A stretch of 64,000 nt of DNA. It comes from Neoechinorhynchus agilis (Eukaryota > Animalia > Acanthocephala). The stretch is taken from NCBI GenBank assembly GCA_051530055.1, contig CM121341.1:17090784-17154783 (forward strand), given 5' to 3'. Below, piece by piece: positions 23,718-37,351 of the stretch. The notes below the pieces were generated by a model that did not search any database, had not been told where the DNA came from, and was given only the letters and a program-made list of their open reading frames with translations. Numbering within the stretch: position 1 is the stretch's first letter; each line of letters starts with the position of its first letter. A program made the translations under genes and the position numbers.

Positions 23718-25976
23718 ATGGATTGTACTTTTGTTCAGATCAGCGACGCAGAGAAGATCTACATTTTGACTGGAATTCAGGTTTCTGCGACATTCCACTT
23801 TTAAAAATGATCGCTTTCTGTATTCAGGACGACGTCCGGAACGACGGCCGTCGGTGCCTTGGACGTCGACGATTGACCATAAGAACGAATTTCGACGAGC
23901 GGTACACTGGATCAGCAAAAGTGAAGATCGGACCTACTTGTGCTGTTGCTCAGGCATCTTTGAGTACATGCAAACCGACAATCGGCAATCCTGATCGTGG
24001 ATTTATTCACTTGAACGTGACATGGTCAGTCTTATTTTGAAATATCTTCGAAAGTTGTTTGTAGTTCGCCAAACGCATGTCGGAACTTCGAAGGATGTCA
24101 AGCTTCTATGGAGCTGCTCACGCGACTTACTTCTACTCTACGCTTTATGCTCAGATATTTTATACGACTTGTTAAATAATACCTTTAAAAATTTAAAAAA
24201 GTTGTTCCCCTTTTTTCGACTATACTTACTAATTTTTTTAATTAACTTTCTGCCTAATAATCGCTTTAATGTTTCAAGAATCACTGTTTAGCTATCTTGA
24301 AACGGAGAATTCTTAGTCAACCGAAAATCCAATGTAATTTATTTAGTTTTCAGGGGAGGTGGTTTAAAAAAAGAATTATATAAATTTAACTATATTGTTG
24401 AGAATAATCATTTATTTGATTAGATCTCTGATTTCCTTCTAACTACACCGAGAAAATGCTATAGAATTTGATGGACACTGCTTTTTTGCACAACAATGGA
24501 TCTGATATAGGGTCTCCTTTTCGTATTCTTTGTAACAACCACAAGTAAAGTTCATGATCAAGGATAACGTCGTTTCCTTACATCGTTGATTTTTCAACCA
24601 TCTTTTGAATCGATTTTTGACACGAAATCTAAAATAGTTTCTCCGTACTTTTTATATCGGAAATTGTTGAATTTCCAATGTTATAAAACTATGCTGGAGA
24701 CGTTGTACTTTCTTCTTTTCTCAAGACTTCAATATTTCATGTTTTGTTTCTATGTTTAGAACGTTGCGCTTTCTTTTCTCATTTGAAACTGCAACAGTTC
24801 ACAACTAACAAATGAATACGTATTTACTAAATTATTTGACAATAAACTGATCTAATATTCCACGCAGATGTTTACCTAGTCAAGAATTTCCTTTTAACTT
24901 TAAGCGAAACCACCTTTAAGCCTTTTGGGGTTAGAAAACACACTTATATAAAGTTCATGTATCCGGATAATTGACGTTCGGATAATCAAAGTTGCCATGC
25001 GGTCTAATATTTATCGTAAAATTTCAGTTCACTTCTAAACTATGATCATTTTCGCAATGCACGAAAAATGCATCTTGAAATCGGAAAATTTCGCTTGTTG
25101 TTTCTTGTTCTTTTAACAAAGTCACTGAACTTCTTTTTTTCGCCCTTAGATTTCTGTATTTTTAAGTTAACCTACAGGCATTCTTTGCACCACAAGCGTT
25201 CCTCTGATCATCGAATTAACAAGTCGAATAAATTTACGTGGACACACAGCAACTCTGTATAATTCCTGGACAAAATGTATGGTCGTTGCGTATTGATCTA
25301 ATGGTATATCCTTCGATCTCAACAGATTATCTTTCATCACATTGTTTCAGTACAGTCAATTTAATGGAAATCTGTTTGAAGTCGGTGGCATAGCATTAAA
25401 AGCAGTACTTTCCACTACTTTGTAAGTTTATTAGTCTTTTTGACTAAGGAATTTATTTCTTATTTGAATTCAAAGACTTCCTGTACTAAACCAAGACGAC
25501 TATTCAAACATAGACGGCAGTGCATTCCTTAAACTCGCTGATAGTGGTGCACTTGTAAAGATAAACCTTCCCAACTTTCCTCTTCTTGTTACAATCTATA
25601 AGGTAAGATCGCAATTAATGCAGAAAAGTATATAAGCTAATTTCAGACAAAAACTGAGATATTTCTTGACGCCGATATGATCGAAGAATCAGTTATTATA
25701 ACGCGATTTGTCCTGTGCCTGGATGAAAACGGTGTGATTTTATATATGAGGAAAGAAGGAAAAGGCTGTGCCAATCCAGAATCCCTCACGCAACTCGTAA
25801 AGGTAGGCTACGGATTTTTAATTTGTGTATTGTTTGAATCGATCATTTAGGAAGCGAGAATGGTTGGGATTAATTTACACAAGAAAGTAAATCTAATGCT
25901 TTTGCAAGATCTTGATCCACTTGCAGCATTTAATCGTGATCCGGATCAGGAAGATATTAAAATGGATGAAACATAA
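23718..25976 (+). CDS. EXOSC7: Exosome complex component RRP42 (RNase PH fold), about 7 exons
   Basis: Hand splice: MDCTFVQISDAEKIYILTGIQ|DDVRNDGR...GSAKVKIG...NVTC|SPNACRNFEG...QLCIIPGQNVWSLRIDLM|YSQFNGNLF...|...MRKEGKG...PESL...|EARMVG..L. This parallels EXOSC7-type motifs. Introns: 23781-827, 24025-064, 25304-350, 25422-475, 25803-850 and others. The exon 3/4 junction is unresolved. Confidence 0.85.
24460..24995 (-). mobile_element. pogo/Tigger (Jerky/CENP-B-like) transposase relic inside the long EXOSC7 intron
   Basis: Minus-strand fragments ISDIKKYGETILDFVSKIDSKDG and DHELYLWLLQRIRKGDPISDPLLCKKA. Subterminal GATTATCCGAACGTCAATTATCCGGAT at ~24990-24962. Confidence 0.7.
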
Positions 25977-26565
25977 GCTGTAAGAAATTTCTTACTTTAA
26001 GCATTTGTCGTGGGAGCAAAAAAGTTACCGTATTTTCAATGTCTACGTGACAAACTTTTTAGCCTCCTTAACGACTGAAAATTATGTCTTAATTTGAGTT
26101 TTCGCATGAAAAACAATATGGAAATGAGATTCCCATTTAAAAGCCAACTATCATAAACTAAGATATCTCGAAATTTTAAAGCACAGATTTTTTTTATAGA
26201 TTACGGTCTTCCCATTTAAAAGTACATAAATAATTTTTTGCCCTTAATTCTAAGACCCGACGGTCGAAACATTCATTAAATTCTCCGCAATGTGTCACAC
26301 TGTGTCTTTAATTAATGAACCTGACGAGATTGGAAACGTATTTAATAAAAAATTATTTACCTGGTGAATACCTAAATTGTACTTCTAATCATAAAGCACC
26401 GGCACCTCGCATACCCACATTAAGTTCTGTGTCATTTTCCCCAAGCTTTTTGTTACGGCATAATTATTACGATTGATTAGAATCTTTATCTACGTCTGAA
26501 AATATTTGCAAAGCATTAAATTGATCGAAATGCGAAACTTAAAATGGGCATTAACTCATATCGAA

Positions 26566-26741
26566 AAAATCCTTCGGGATAGTAAATTTTTAATTGTGGT
26601 GATGATAATCCCTATTAAAAAGTACTTTATTGCTAAGAAATATTTCGAAAAAGGAAGCCTAGCATCATCAGTCATTGTAAAAGTGCTTTTCGCGAAATAT
26701 ATCCTAGCAATCAAATAAATTTTAACAGTAATTATCATTAC
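26566..26741 (-). repeat. Family A palindromic element (diverged)
   Basis: Imperfect palindrome 26599-26741. Minus strand: ACAATGA-CTGATGA-TGCTAGG...GAAATATTT, then CCCGAAGGATTTT. Confidence 0.7.
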
Positions 26742-29342
26742 TTCGTTAAAAACAATTTCCATCAAACATTTGCTTCAAGAAATTACTCTAGGCACATCTT
26801 TACGCCGATTGCTGTTCCTTTTTAAAGTTATCAAAAACATTATTATGCATTTGTTCGAAAAAAATATCTATTAAGTAGCGCAAAGACGTCATTGCTTTAC
26901 GTTGCACTGTAAATTCTTTTAATAAATTTTTCCAAGCGGAAAAATATTATGATTGCTTCGCTCTTCTAAATAACGTTCATCTTATTAATTGCATGCGAAT
27001 CTGATTTTAGATTCAGCTGAATAATGCGAATTTTATGAAATGGACATTAATTTGTGAACAATTTTAAAGCGACAAACATTAGCAACAGTTTTCGCGATCT
27101 TTTAACAAAGCTTAGATGTCCTTCTCATATATAATTCATCCATGACGACGAGTCAAAACACAATCATAAACTGAACATGCTGTAATAATTAAATATGCAC
27201 AGCCAATTAGAAGATTTTCTTGAAACTCGGTTATCTGAATAGGATACTTTTGACTAGGAAATGATTAAAAAATCGCTCGTAAACTAATTTAGAAAATAAA
27301 CATTGGTTTACGGACTGTAATTTAAATAAGCACTGGAAATCAGATGTCGTAGCAGATATAGCGATTTAAAATCAAAGATTACCTTTGGAAAGCCAACAGA
27401 TGGATAGCAGGACATAAATGCCTTCTTAAATTTGTATCGATTAGTTAATAAAACTAATTTTAAATATCTCATTCACTTAAGGGTTTTAGTGAATAATAAA
27501 ATATATTTGAAAATTTATAAACGTGAGTAGCGGTGAGTACACGAATTTTTTAATTTAATAGTCGAGTTTTATATTAAAAACTTAACTTTACTAAAATGAA
27601 GGCATTATGATCATAAAACTGTGAAAATAACTAAAACTCGCCCATGTGATAATTTTTATTCATTTTGTACAACACCGATTGAAAAAAGCTGCATGTATTG
27701 AAAATATTAGGAAAATTTATGAGAAATGAGTATAATTTTTTCTTAGCAAGAAAAATTTTGTCACTCAATCTCAATTTTAAAAGGAAAAAGATTTTTTTAT
27801 TGGCCATTGTCGATTGAGGAAGCGGGTTTCGCATACTTTTGTTTGCCTGAGGTTCGGAATGATTTAATCTCGCGCGCAAAATGGTAATCAAGAAAAAGGT
27901 TATTAACGGAAATTCAAGCCAATCATAAATACAGGCTACTTTCGATCTGATAAACAAACGAGATTTACAATTTGATTATCAGCTGCAAACGTCCGTGAAA
28001 CATGATTTACTGGAGATGTTCTAGCAACCATAAATTTGAAATATTTGGCAATAAATGTCAGCAATTACATCGATAGACTTTAAGATCATTTTCTCCAGCG
28101 ATGCCAAAATCTAACGATCGAAGAGCTTCGTTAACCAAAAAAAAGAAATGTGATATTTTTGCATAATAAAAGGAAATTAACGTAAATTCGATGCTTGTAA
28201 AAAATGGGCTTGCCCTTCCTTATCATTATCAAAACATTTCCTTTACCGTACTATAATTCCAATTATGCGCGATGAAGTGACTCAATGTTCTCAACGTAAT
28301 AATTATGAATACTCAATCTTTTGTCTTCATTTTGATGCTTTCAAATTATTTGGAAGGCGTTGAAGCTTCTATTGATATTCAAGTGGTCGGAATTTGAGAA
28401 GTTTCTCATTTTGTCCTGAAGCGATAAATATGATATGTTGCGATTGCATACATGAAGCTTTCTTTCTATTAACCGTCTTTAAATTTGTACAAAAAAATTG
28501 TTTCATGACGCCAAAGAAAATTATAATAACACCAAAATGTCTTAAATAAAATATGTTGTTGATGTAAGTAAACAGAAATTTTTTGAGTTAATTCATTTTA
28601 TACGGCCTGAAGAAAGTGCGAACACCAAAAAACTTTATTTCTTCTAATGCGTTTTTGTTTTAAATTGCCATTTTAAATTTTTCCTTATTTTCAAGGCGCG
28701 ATGTTGCCGAAAATAGGAACTTGCCGACTTAGATTTTGACAAACTAATGTACCGAAAATGCTACAGTTCTCGGTTGTTAGGTTTTGCCTCATCGAATGTG
28801 CACGTCGTTTGTTAATCGAATTAACGGTCTTCTCAAAATCTGATTGACGTTCGTCAACTCAATCAGTTGCGTGGACTCAAGACATTAGTAAGCGTTTATC
28901 TGTCGTCTGCGCTTTGGTTAAGTGGATGTGTTATTGTTGTTGGATTAACGTTTGCGCTTGTGGTCGGATGACTGAGAAGCAATGCATGAAAGTAGTAAAT
29001 GTAGGGTAAAAGTGGTTGTTAGCACTAAAAATATTCATCGTCTCCGCATCATGAAATGAGCCTGATGGGTCTTCTTGATTCCGTTGTTGTTGTGATAAAA
29101 AACAAATTAGTTCTGAGTTGCTGCCATAGCGAGTGCGATCATGTGAAAAGTGATGTTAGAGCGGGGGAATGCGTTCTGGCAAGCAGCAGTGCCTCTGGAT
29201 ATCAAAAACGAAAGATTAAATCCATTTATGCGTTCGGAATAGAACTCATAGGACACAGAAAGACTAAACTTGATGTTGGTTTCTAATCAAAATGACACTT
29301 GTATACACATGCAAACGCGTGAGTTTCGCTATCAATTACACG

Positions 29343-29360
29343 CAGCCAATGAGAGGGCGG
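29343..29360 (+). promoter_or_regulatory. Candidate CCAAT box plus GC box upstream of Six3/6
   Basis: CAGCCAATGAGAGGGCGG about 270 bp before the ATG; motif match only. Confidence 0.3.
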
Positions 29361-29626
29361 AGATCTCGTTTGCGCTCGGTTGCAATAATTGCCTCTTTGA
29401 GTCGAGCAAGGAATTCTCGTGCAAACGCACATAATTGATTTTGCTTTCTTCGCCATCTTTCAGCCATTTGTCTCGCTTTCTTCATTTTATGTCTACACAC
29501 GCCATACGCCTGCTGTTAATAGAGACTCGAGCCCTAGCACCACATCCTGATACGCGTATCATATACTTGCTCTCCAACCTCTCACTGCCTCATCAAACAC
29601 CATAGAACCGCCCAACCACAACACAA

Positions 29627-30643
29627 ATGCTCTCAAACTCTAAGCAGCAAATGCCAATAGACGAAACCGGATGCTATAAAAGTGGCGCTTTTAAAACGTC
29701 TAAAGTTTTCTCCGCAAAACCAACGTCGAACAAGACAGAGACACCGGTTGCTTCCAACATGATATCTTCATCGTTCGACATATCATCCATCACTTCAACA
29801 ATCAGATCAGCGCCTCCAAATAATACATCCGAAACCCAACAGCATCAATATATAATCACACCTCCGCCATTGATCCTGAGACCGTATCAACAAATAATAC
29901 CACCACCGCCGCCGAATCAGTTTCAAACGCCAGTTTTTGCTCTTTACCAACAACCAACAGTCGATCAAGTTGTGTCCGTATGTCAAATATTAGAAGAAAA
30001 CGGGGATATAGAGAGATTGGACCGTTTGCTTTGGTCAATTAATACTCTCCCTGATTTTGAATTTTTAAAACATCACGAGTCGCTGTTGTCATCAAGAGCG
30101 TTTGTGGCATTCCACAAACAGCAATATAAAGAATTGTATACTTTAATTGAAAACAACAAATTTAGTAGAGCTTTTCATCCAAAATTGCAAGCATTATGGC
30201 TGGAAGCGCATTACCAAGAAGCAGCCAGTTCACGAGGACGACAACTTGGTCCAGTTGATAAATATCGAATAAGGAAAAAATATCCTTTGCCGAGATCGAT
30301 TTGGGATGGCGAACATAAAACTCATTGTTTTAAAGAAAGAACTCGGTCGTTGCTAAGAGAATATTATTTGCAAGATCCATACCCAAATCCTGCGAAAAAA
30401 AGAGACCTGGCTGATGCTACAGGTCTTACTCCAACTCAAGTTGGCAATTGGTTTAAGAACAGAAGACAGCGTGACAGGGCTGCAACTGCTAAAAATTCGT
30501 AAGTCTCACTTTCCCTTCTTCATTTTTCTAACTTTTCTACTTTAAGCTTTTTGGATAAAGACTGTGACACTCCGAACAATACGCCTCCTGCAATCATCAG
30601 ACCAACAGTTTATAGGCCTGCAAAATGCCCTCGGCATTACTAA
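29627..30643 (+). CDS. SIX3/6: SIX-class homeobox protein, Six3/6 (optix) subfamily
   Basis: SIX domain plus homeodomain [53 protein letters not shown] 48-nt intron at 30499-30546 gives exon 2 ending ...CPRHY*. Confidence 0.95.
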
Positions 30644-30749
30644 ACAAATGTATATTGAATAAATTCTGCTTTCAAATGCCTTAACTCATAATTATCACAC
30701 TTTCTGGATTTTAATTGGTGACTATGCCTCAATGAGCAATTAGTTAGAC

Positions 30750-32500
30750 AATAATTCAATCGACAGTATTCCCGCCCATCACCCGTGGAGTAGGTGTGTT
30801 CGTTGAAACACGACCAATGAAATTCGCTTCATCAGCGTTCTAAACGTTTGACGCCCTAAATATCCCATTTCTTATTTAAAAACTCATTTTCGGCAACCAC
30901 ACGCAGTGAATCAATGAAACCACAAATTCCCATTGGTCCCTCATTACTCTTTCCTTCTACTGATTCTCTATTTGAGTCAATCAGTGACAAGTGCTCTTGT
31001 GCTCTCGGGTAACCTATTCAAGAATTGTCAGGAGAGTTAATCGCTCAAGAAATACAAACCTCTTATCCGATTCTTACATTTGTCAAAATTAATTCGGAAC
31101 CCTTTTTCGTCATCTAGCAAGTCCAAACAACTGCTGTCCAACTTATCATAATTAATCAATACGGGCGCGATTGGTAATCTTATTGAATGCCTAGAGGTCG
31201 TGTAAATTTTTGAATCTTCAAAAAAATTATGCAATATTGATCCAGCATGACTTTCCACTTGTTTTACTTCGTCACTTTCGTTTTTTTCCTCCTTTTCATT
31301 TCTTTTTTCCAATGCTTTTTCACTTCCCCGATCAAGAGACCGTTCAGAAGTTTTTGTAGTGCTTGGTGTCACCACCAAAATATATTGCAGTGAAAACGAA
31401 TTTCTTTTTTGTTAGAAAAATGAGGCTTTCATATTTTAGAATTATAATTATATACAAGTATTTAGCAATGGGCATCAAGAAAGCAGACGGAAATGCACTT
31501 AAGGAAACATGACAGGTACTTGTGCCCATAGGTGTTTATGCCCAAATAATCCCTAAAGAATGCAAATCAGAAGTTCTTTATTTATATTCGTACGAATTAT
31601 TTATTCGGAATTGAGATGGGCATTAATTTAAGTAAATCGCGAAATATTTTACTTTTATGATTACCGTTAAACTAAGAATTAAATTGCTCTAATTTTGCAT
31701 ATAATTTTCTGCGAAAAAACCCGATTAAAAATCGGATAAGTTTTTAATTCACAATTTCAAAAACAACAAAAATACACATTTTATGAATAGTAGCAGGATT
31801 ATTAAATAGCAGAATCTATACCAAACTTATGGAAAGCATCCAGCCAATGAGATTGCAATACCATTGTCTTCAATGGAAACAATGGCATTTTGTTACGCAT
31901 GACAAATTAGAGCAATCTCTATTTTATAACAATTATTCATATGATGGACAATATTATTACCGACTTGATTTAATTGTGTGTGGATGTACAGTAAAGGTAT
32001 GCACGAAACTATTTTACTAGAGGTGAAAATTTTATTTCCGTCGAATGTAACTAATTGATATCTTCAATGATCAAAAATAATTTTTCTAAAACAAGAAGAA
32101 CGTTTTATATTTACCTGACTTTATATTTTCATTGTATTAACAACTTAAAAAATATATAACAGATAAACTCACCTAAAGGATTTAATCAATTAAATAAATT
32201 AGCTTGAGATTAAATAAATGCTGCATGACGACTAGTTGTAAAAGTAAGACAATCGAAAGCTGATCCATCTTTTGATGAAAAAGAGGTTAGTAAAAAAGTC
32301 GTTTTCACGGAGACTTATTTTGCCCAATTCGGAATTTGTAAAAATACTTTCTGGTGGTTACTACATACAAGGCACCTCTTTCTTTCTATCCTCTTTTCCG
32401 AAACTTGCAACAATCCTTTAGTTTCAGTAGCATCTGCGCTTTTTACTTTCGTCACTTCTAGATTTTCGGTGTTACTATCGAAATGTTCTAAAATCGAACA
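30750..32500 (-). CDS. Putative multi-exon gene of unknown function
   Basis: Several open segments on the minus strand (31037-31378, ~30870-31020, ~32230-32500) with coding-like composition. No recognisable domain; borders uncertain. Confidence 0.3.
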
Positions 32501-34868
32501 GGAATTTACGAGATTATTATTTCCATTTGCCTAATCACGCTGCACATTTAGTGAATTGAATTAGAGCCTTGATGGGAACTAAGTTTGCTTCCTGAGAATC
32601 AGACATCCAATAAAATTAAATAGTGAATGGACAGAGGAAATTTAATTACATACTAGGTTGATGGTATTGGGTTACCTCTATTGTCAACTTCATCATCCGA
32701 GGCGAATAATGATGATTGCCTTTAAAAGAATCAGCGATAAGTGTCGATATTGATATATGGGTGTTACCGAGGACGAAATCGGTTGGCATTGAAACCATAA
32801 AAATTAGATTTTTGGCGGCATCGGTTATCGGAAGTATATGTCGGATTCTCAAAGTTTAAAAGCACAGTGCCGATATCTTCATTTGTATCGTTAACTTGGA
32901 AATGAAATTCGTCTTTGTGATCACAATAGATGTGATTCAACTTTTTCCCCGCCTACAGATAAGAGATTGTTAGTTTTATATTACTAATTCCGAATTCTTT
33001 ACCTCTTCTTTTAAGTATCCATTTTCACTGCCATATTCGCCAACATTAAATTTTAAAAAGTGCGTGCATTCTTCAGGCTGGAATATATTGTCCTTGATAT
33101 ATTGTCTAGAACATTTTCTATTCATCAACTAAAAATTCGTAAACCTATTTTTCTGGTTATAGGTTGCTAAGTAATAAATTTATTAAATCAAATGATAAAA
33201 TAATATATACAGCACGTGTTGAAATGCTGGCAACCATTATCTTTGACAAAAATTAGTATATTTCCTTAAGAAGGTCTCAATCTTTTTCTTAAGCATCAAT
33301 TTTCGTAGGAGAGCAGCATCGTCTTGATAACTGCGATGATAAAAAGTCATTAAGTTTCATATTACAATTCTAAGATAAGATTGTAAAACCCTACAATCCA
33401 TTCTTCTTAACTAGAAAAATGCATAAAGCACGTACAAACTTTTGCAATGTTACCAAGTACTTCTACCAGAACCGGTAGTTTATTTTTTCATAGAATTGAA
33501 TTAAATAACCTTTCAGTATACACTTACTGGCCACCACGCTAACTTAAGGAGGCAAACATGGTTTATTAAACGCAAGCAAACAAGTTAATGAATTAAGCAA
33601 ACCAAGACAGCATGGAAGCTTAATGTGGATTGGAGCACTGTGGCTAGTTTCGATTAAAAGACGGTACATCTACTTTTAAATGATTAAAAATATTGGCAAA
33701 ATCAACTTTCGTGGGTGGGCTAAAAATCGTTGTAAATGAGTTATATCTCCATTATAATGATAATTATTTTACAAAATCCGTGACATTATTATACGCTCTA
33801 CGAACCATTTGTTTATTTTTAGCCTCACTCTTCGGAATTCCGTTCGTATTGCAATATTCTATGGTGAATAAAAAGGCCTTTGCCTCATGTAAACTACAAG
33901 GTCGGCGAAAAAATGAAAAAAGATTATGTAATGCTCGATTTTTATTCGTTTATCACTGAATTCTTCGCGCTTAATGAACCCAAGACGAATTAGTCAGAAG
34001 ATCTTTAGTAATCAACATGTAATTTTCCATAATTGTGGCAAAACATTTACAATTGGCAATTGAATCGATGTTCTGATTGATATCGAGAGCTCGACTAAAA
34101 GCTTAAGAAATGATATGAAAGTCAAGAGCGGCATGTTGTCTTGCTGACTCACGTTTTTTATTTTTAGTTGATGTTCACAAAATAGCTAATATGTTAGAAA
34201 TGCGAATTTTTCTAACTTTATCCTGAATAATTAACGATTTTGTCGCGAAAAATACCTGTTACGACTGTACCTTACAACAGGTATCGTTTTTCCAAAAGTG
34301 ATTTCTGAAGAAGCTCTTTAAAAAACGCTTTGACAAGTTATAGAACATTAAGCAAATTATGAATTCATTAACGACGTCTTAAAGCAGCCTTTTATAAAAT
34401 GCTGCGAATTTCTAATTAATTCCCTCCTACAAAGAATAGCAAAAATTTGCATTTCCTCCCCAAAGCTTGTAATCTAAACACCTCTGTAGTCCATAACGAT
34501 GTTAATGATCTCAAGACTGGAGCAATATCTAAAAAATGTAACAAAACGTCTACAAATAACCTTTATCTTATCAAGCACATAAGATCAAACTTTAAGAAGG
34601 TTCCGGAAGGACTACGAGCAAGATTTCCATTTGTCCTTCAGATCCGCATGTGATACTTGAGCGCATACATGCCTCAAAGCAATAATAATAAAGGAAGAAC
34701 GTGTCCTTAGCACTCTCAGAAAGCATGTAGAACTGCTTCTTTATCAGCTAAAATATTCGAAGAGAAGCAGGTTCTCTATTTCGTTTCGAGGCAGACAAAA
34801 GAAGGCACATTACCTGCACACATACTTTGAGAAACCCTATTGTTCCGTTCTAAAAGTGCACACACAAA

Positions 34869-35622
34869 ATGTATGTCCGAAACATGGAAATGGTTCGGGG
34901 ACCAAGGCTTTGCCACCTCTGCCAAAAATCCAATTATGCTGGATATGGTTTCAATCTCATTTGCCACAAAAATGAGTCAAACCGACAACTGATCGGTAAA
35001 GTAGATCCATGTTCACCAGCTCAGATGGCTGGCTTGGAAGATGGCGACGTTGTCATCGAGGTGAGCGTTTGTTTAGCTGCGATATTGGAGAGAGAGTGTG
35101 TAAAATAATTTTAAGGTTAATGGCTATAATGTGAGGGAAAGATCGCATCGACACGTTGTCAATCTAATAACCCAAGGATTCATCGATGGCCGAACGGGTA
35201 ACAGAATCACCGATCAGGTTATATTACTTGTAGCGGATCCAATCACCGATGCTTACTATCGAGCTAACAATATCCCAATGCGATCAGAAGTAGCTTTAAA
35301 TGTTCAACAGCGATGCTCAACATCGGTACGTTTACTATTAATATCATTTTTTACTAAAATCTTTAAAGATTTGCGTCAAATTGGGAATACCATATTTACA
35401 CAGTCCACAATCAACTGGAGTCGTCGAAAGTTTAAATTTAGGTATGAATATAGTAATACGGAGAAAATTCATTTAACAGAAACATAATCTTGCTTAGGAC
35501 TATCTGTGGATGAGATGAAAGAGTTTTTGAGGAAAAAGTATCTGGGAAAGCGAGATCCAAGGAGAAAATGCGCTCTTGAACTTCCCTCGGATGAAAAATA
35601 TAAGCTTGTCAAAAACCTCTAA
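34869..35622 (+). CDS. NHERF/EBP50-like single-PDZ scaffold with an ERM-binding tail
   Basis: PRLCHL...YGFNL...IGKVDPCSPAQMAGLEDGDVVIE|VNG.NV...H..VV..I, and C-terminal exon LSVDEMKEFLRKK...DPRR...EKYKLVKNL*. Confidence 0.85.
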
Positions 35623-36304
35623 GAGGCCGTGTCTACGTGAATAGAAGATTTTCGGTTCAATGTTTGTGCTTTTAAACAAAATTTATCAAAAGTTTTATTT
35701 AAATTGCGTTTTTGAGTAGATGCTGATAAACTGTTCGTATTTTAAATAATTTCGAAAAATGGTTAATTTTTGGCGAAAACAATTAGGCTTTTCGTAATAA
35801 AAAAATTACACAAAGAAGCGAAACCTCAAAATGTTTTTACAAAGTTTCGGATCTTTAGAATGTTCAACAATATTATGCGTTTCCTAAGAAAAATTCAATG
35901 GTTCCCTTAGTACTTTAAAGTTCTCGTAGGTACCAGAAATACGAGTTAGGCTCCAGCCACCTGCTTGTGGATTTAACTTTATGAAATAGAACAATTCGAT
36001 GTATAATATATTAATGGAGAATTGCCTGTCAAAAATTACAACGGTCTTTTGTTGCTTAGATTTAGCGTTTACGTAATTTGATCTAAATGATTTAAAACGC
36101 GATTCAGATTTTTCGTCTACGCGATCTTTAATTTCATATGTTTGAATCGTTTTAAGTATTGATTAGCAACGGCTATGCAAAATCTACACCGCGTTGAAGG
36201 TAGCGAACCGTATCAACCTATACATTCATCTACAATCGCATTCCCATTGCCGTAATAACAAACTCCTATTCACAAATTAACATTGGAGATATTTTTTAAC
36301 TAAA

Positions 36305-36781
36305 ATGACACGAATTCGGGAATACTCAATCTGCCAAACGACCGAGAAGTTTCGTAGGTCCAAGGCACAGCGCATTAGCCGGAATGAAATCAGTGCAGAT
36401 ATCACAAAAGTTTCAATTGAATTGCAAAAAGTATATGAACATTTACGTGCTATTCAACCTGCTCAATTGCAAACTCATCGTGATCATCCTAGCACAAGAG
36501 TTAATAAAGTGATTAAAAAGCGACGAATTTTTCGAAGTTTTTCAAGAACAAGTCGTGGATTATTTAGTTCAATAAAAAGCAAAAGAAAAAAAAGAAAAAT
36601 AATTCAATACCCCATTAGTTCAGCCAATAACAAGACTGACATTGGAGCCAATGGTAGAGATCCTGAACAAGGACACCGATTGTTTACATACGGTACTTCG
36701 AGTTTCTTTAGCTTAAGCAATGACGGTAATGACACTACTGAACTATCGCAACAAATCCTGTGCCTGAACATATCGTCATGA
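36305..36781 (+). other. Basic ORF, possibly a degenerate Penelope N-terminal region
   Basis: Coiled-coil-like RISRNEIS...IELQKVYEHL and frameshifted LEPMVEILNK. Weak resemblance only. Confidence 0.25.
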
Positions 36782-37279
36782 TTCATAATAATATTCGTTC
36801 TTTTTCTGAACGTGTTTAATTTATTAAACACTAATTTATCGATCATAACCTTTTGACATTTTTAATTAAATTAAATTATCGATTTTACCGAAAACGCTCC
36901 TTGGTCATTCTAACAGAGCGAAACGTGATACCACCCACTTAAGAGCGACAATCTTATTCTTTTTAGATCATCAGATGCGAAACGTGTTAGTTATTTAAGT
37001 TTTGGCAAATTTCTAGCAATTTCAAGGGATATAAGAACTAATGCCTTAAGATTTGATCTTGTATAAATTTGTTTGTTATATAAAAATAGGCGACGGAAAA
37101 GTTTGAGTCAACAAAATCGGTCAAAACTTATTTCTAGCTCATTTAGCGTGCTTTCAGAGAATTAAAGTGAATTTTTAGGAGTCTTTGTAATAGCGATTTT
37201 AACTTATTTTCGAAGCAGACATCTAGGTGCGTATTTAAAATACCAATAAAATCCTCCTGAACGCAGTGAAACGAAGCAC

Positions 37280-37351
37280 GGCTTAGTGGTCTAGTGGTAT
37301 GATTCTCGCTTTGGGTGCGAGAGGTCCCGGGTTCAATTCCCGGCTGAGCCC
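37280..37351 (+). tRNA. tRNA-Pro(TGG)
   Basis: Cloverleaf with GGCTTAG/CTGAGCC acceptor stem, CTCGC-TT-TGG-GT-GCGAG anticodon arm and GGTTCAA T-loop. Confidence 0.97.

Noticed and set aside
25304-25350. AT-AC intron starting ATATCCTT at 25306
   Set aside because: The GT-AG intron 25304-25350 gives the conserved D-x7-GN spacing exactly; AT-AC alternatives are only 35 nt long or out of frame.
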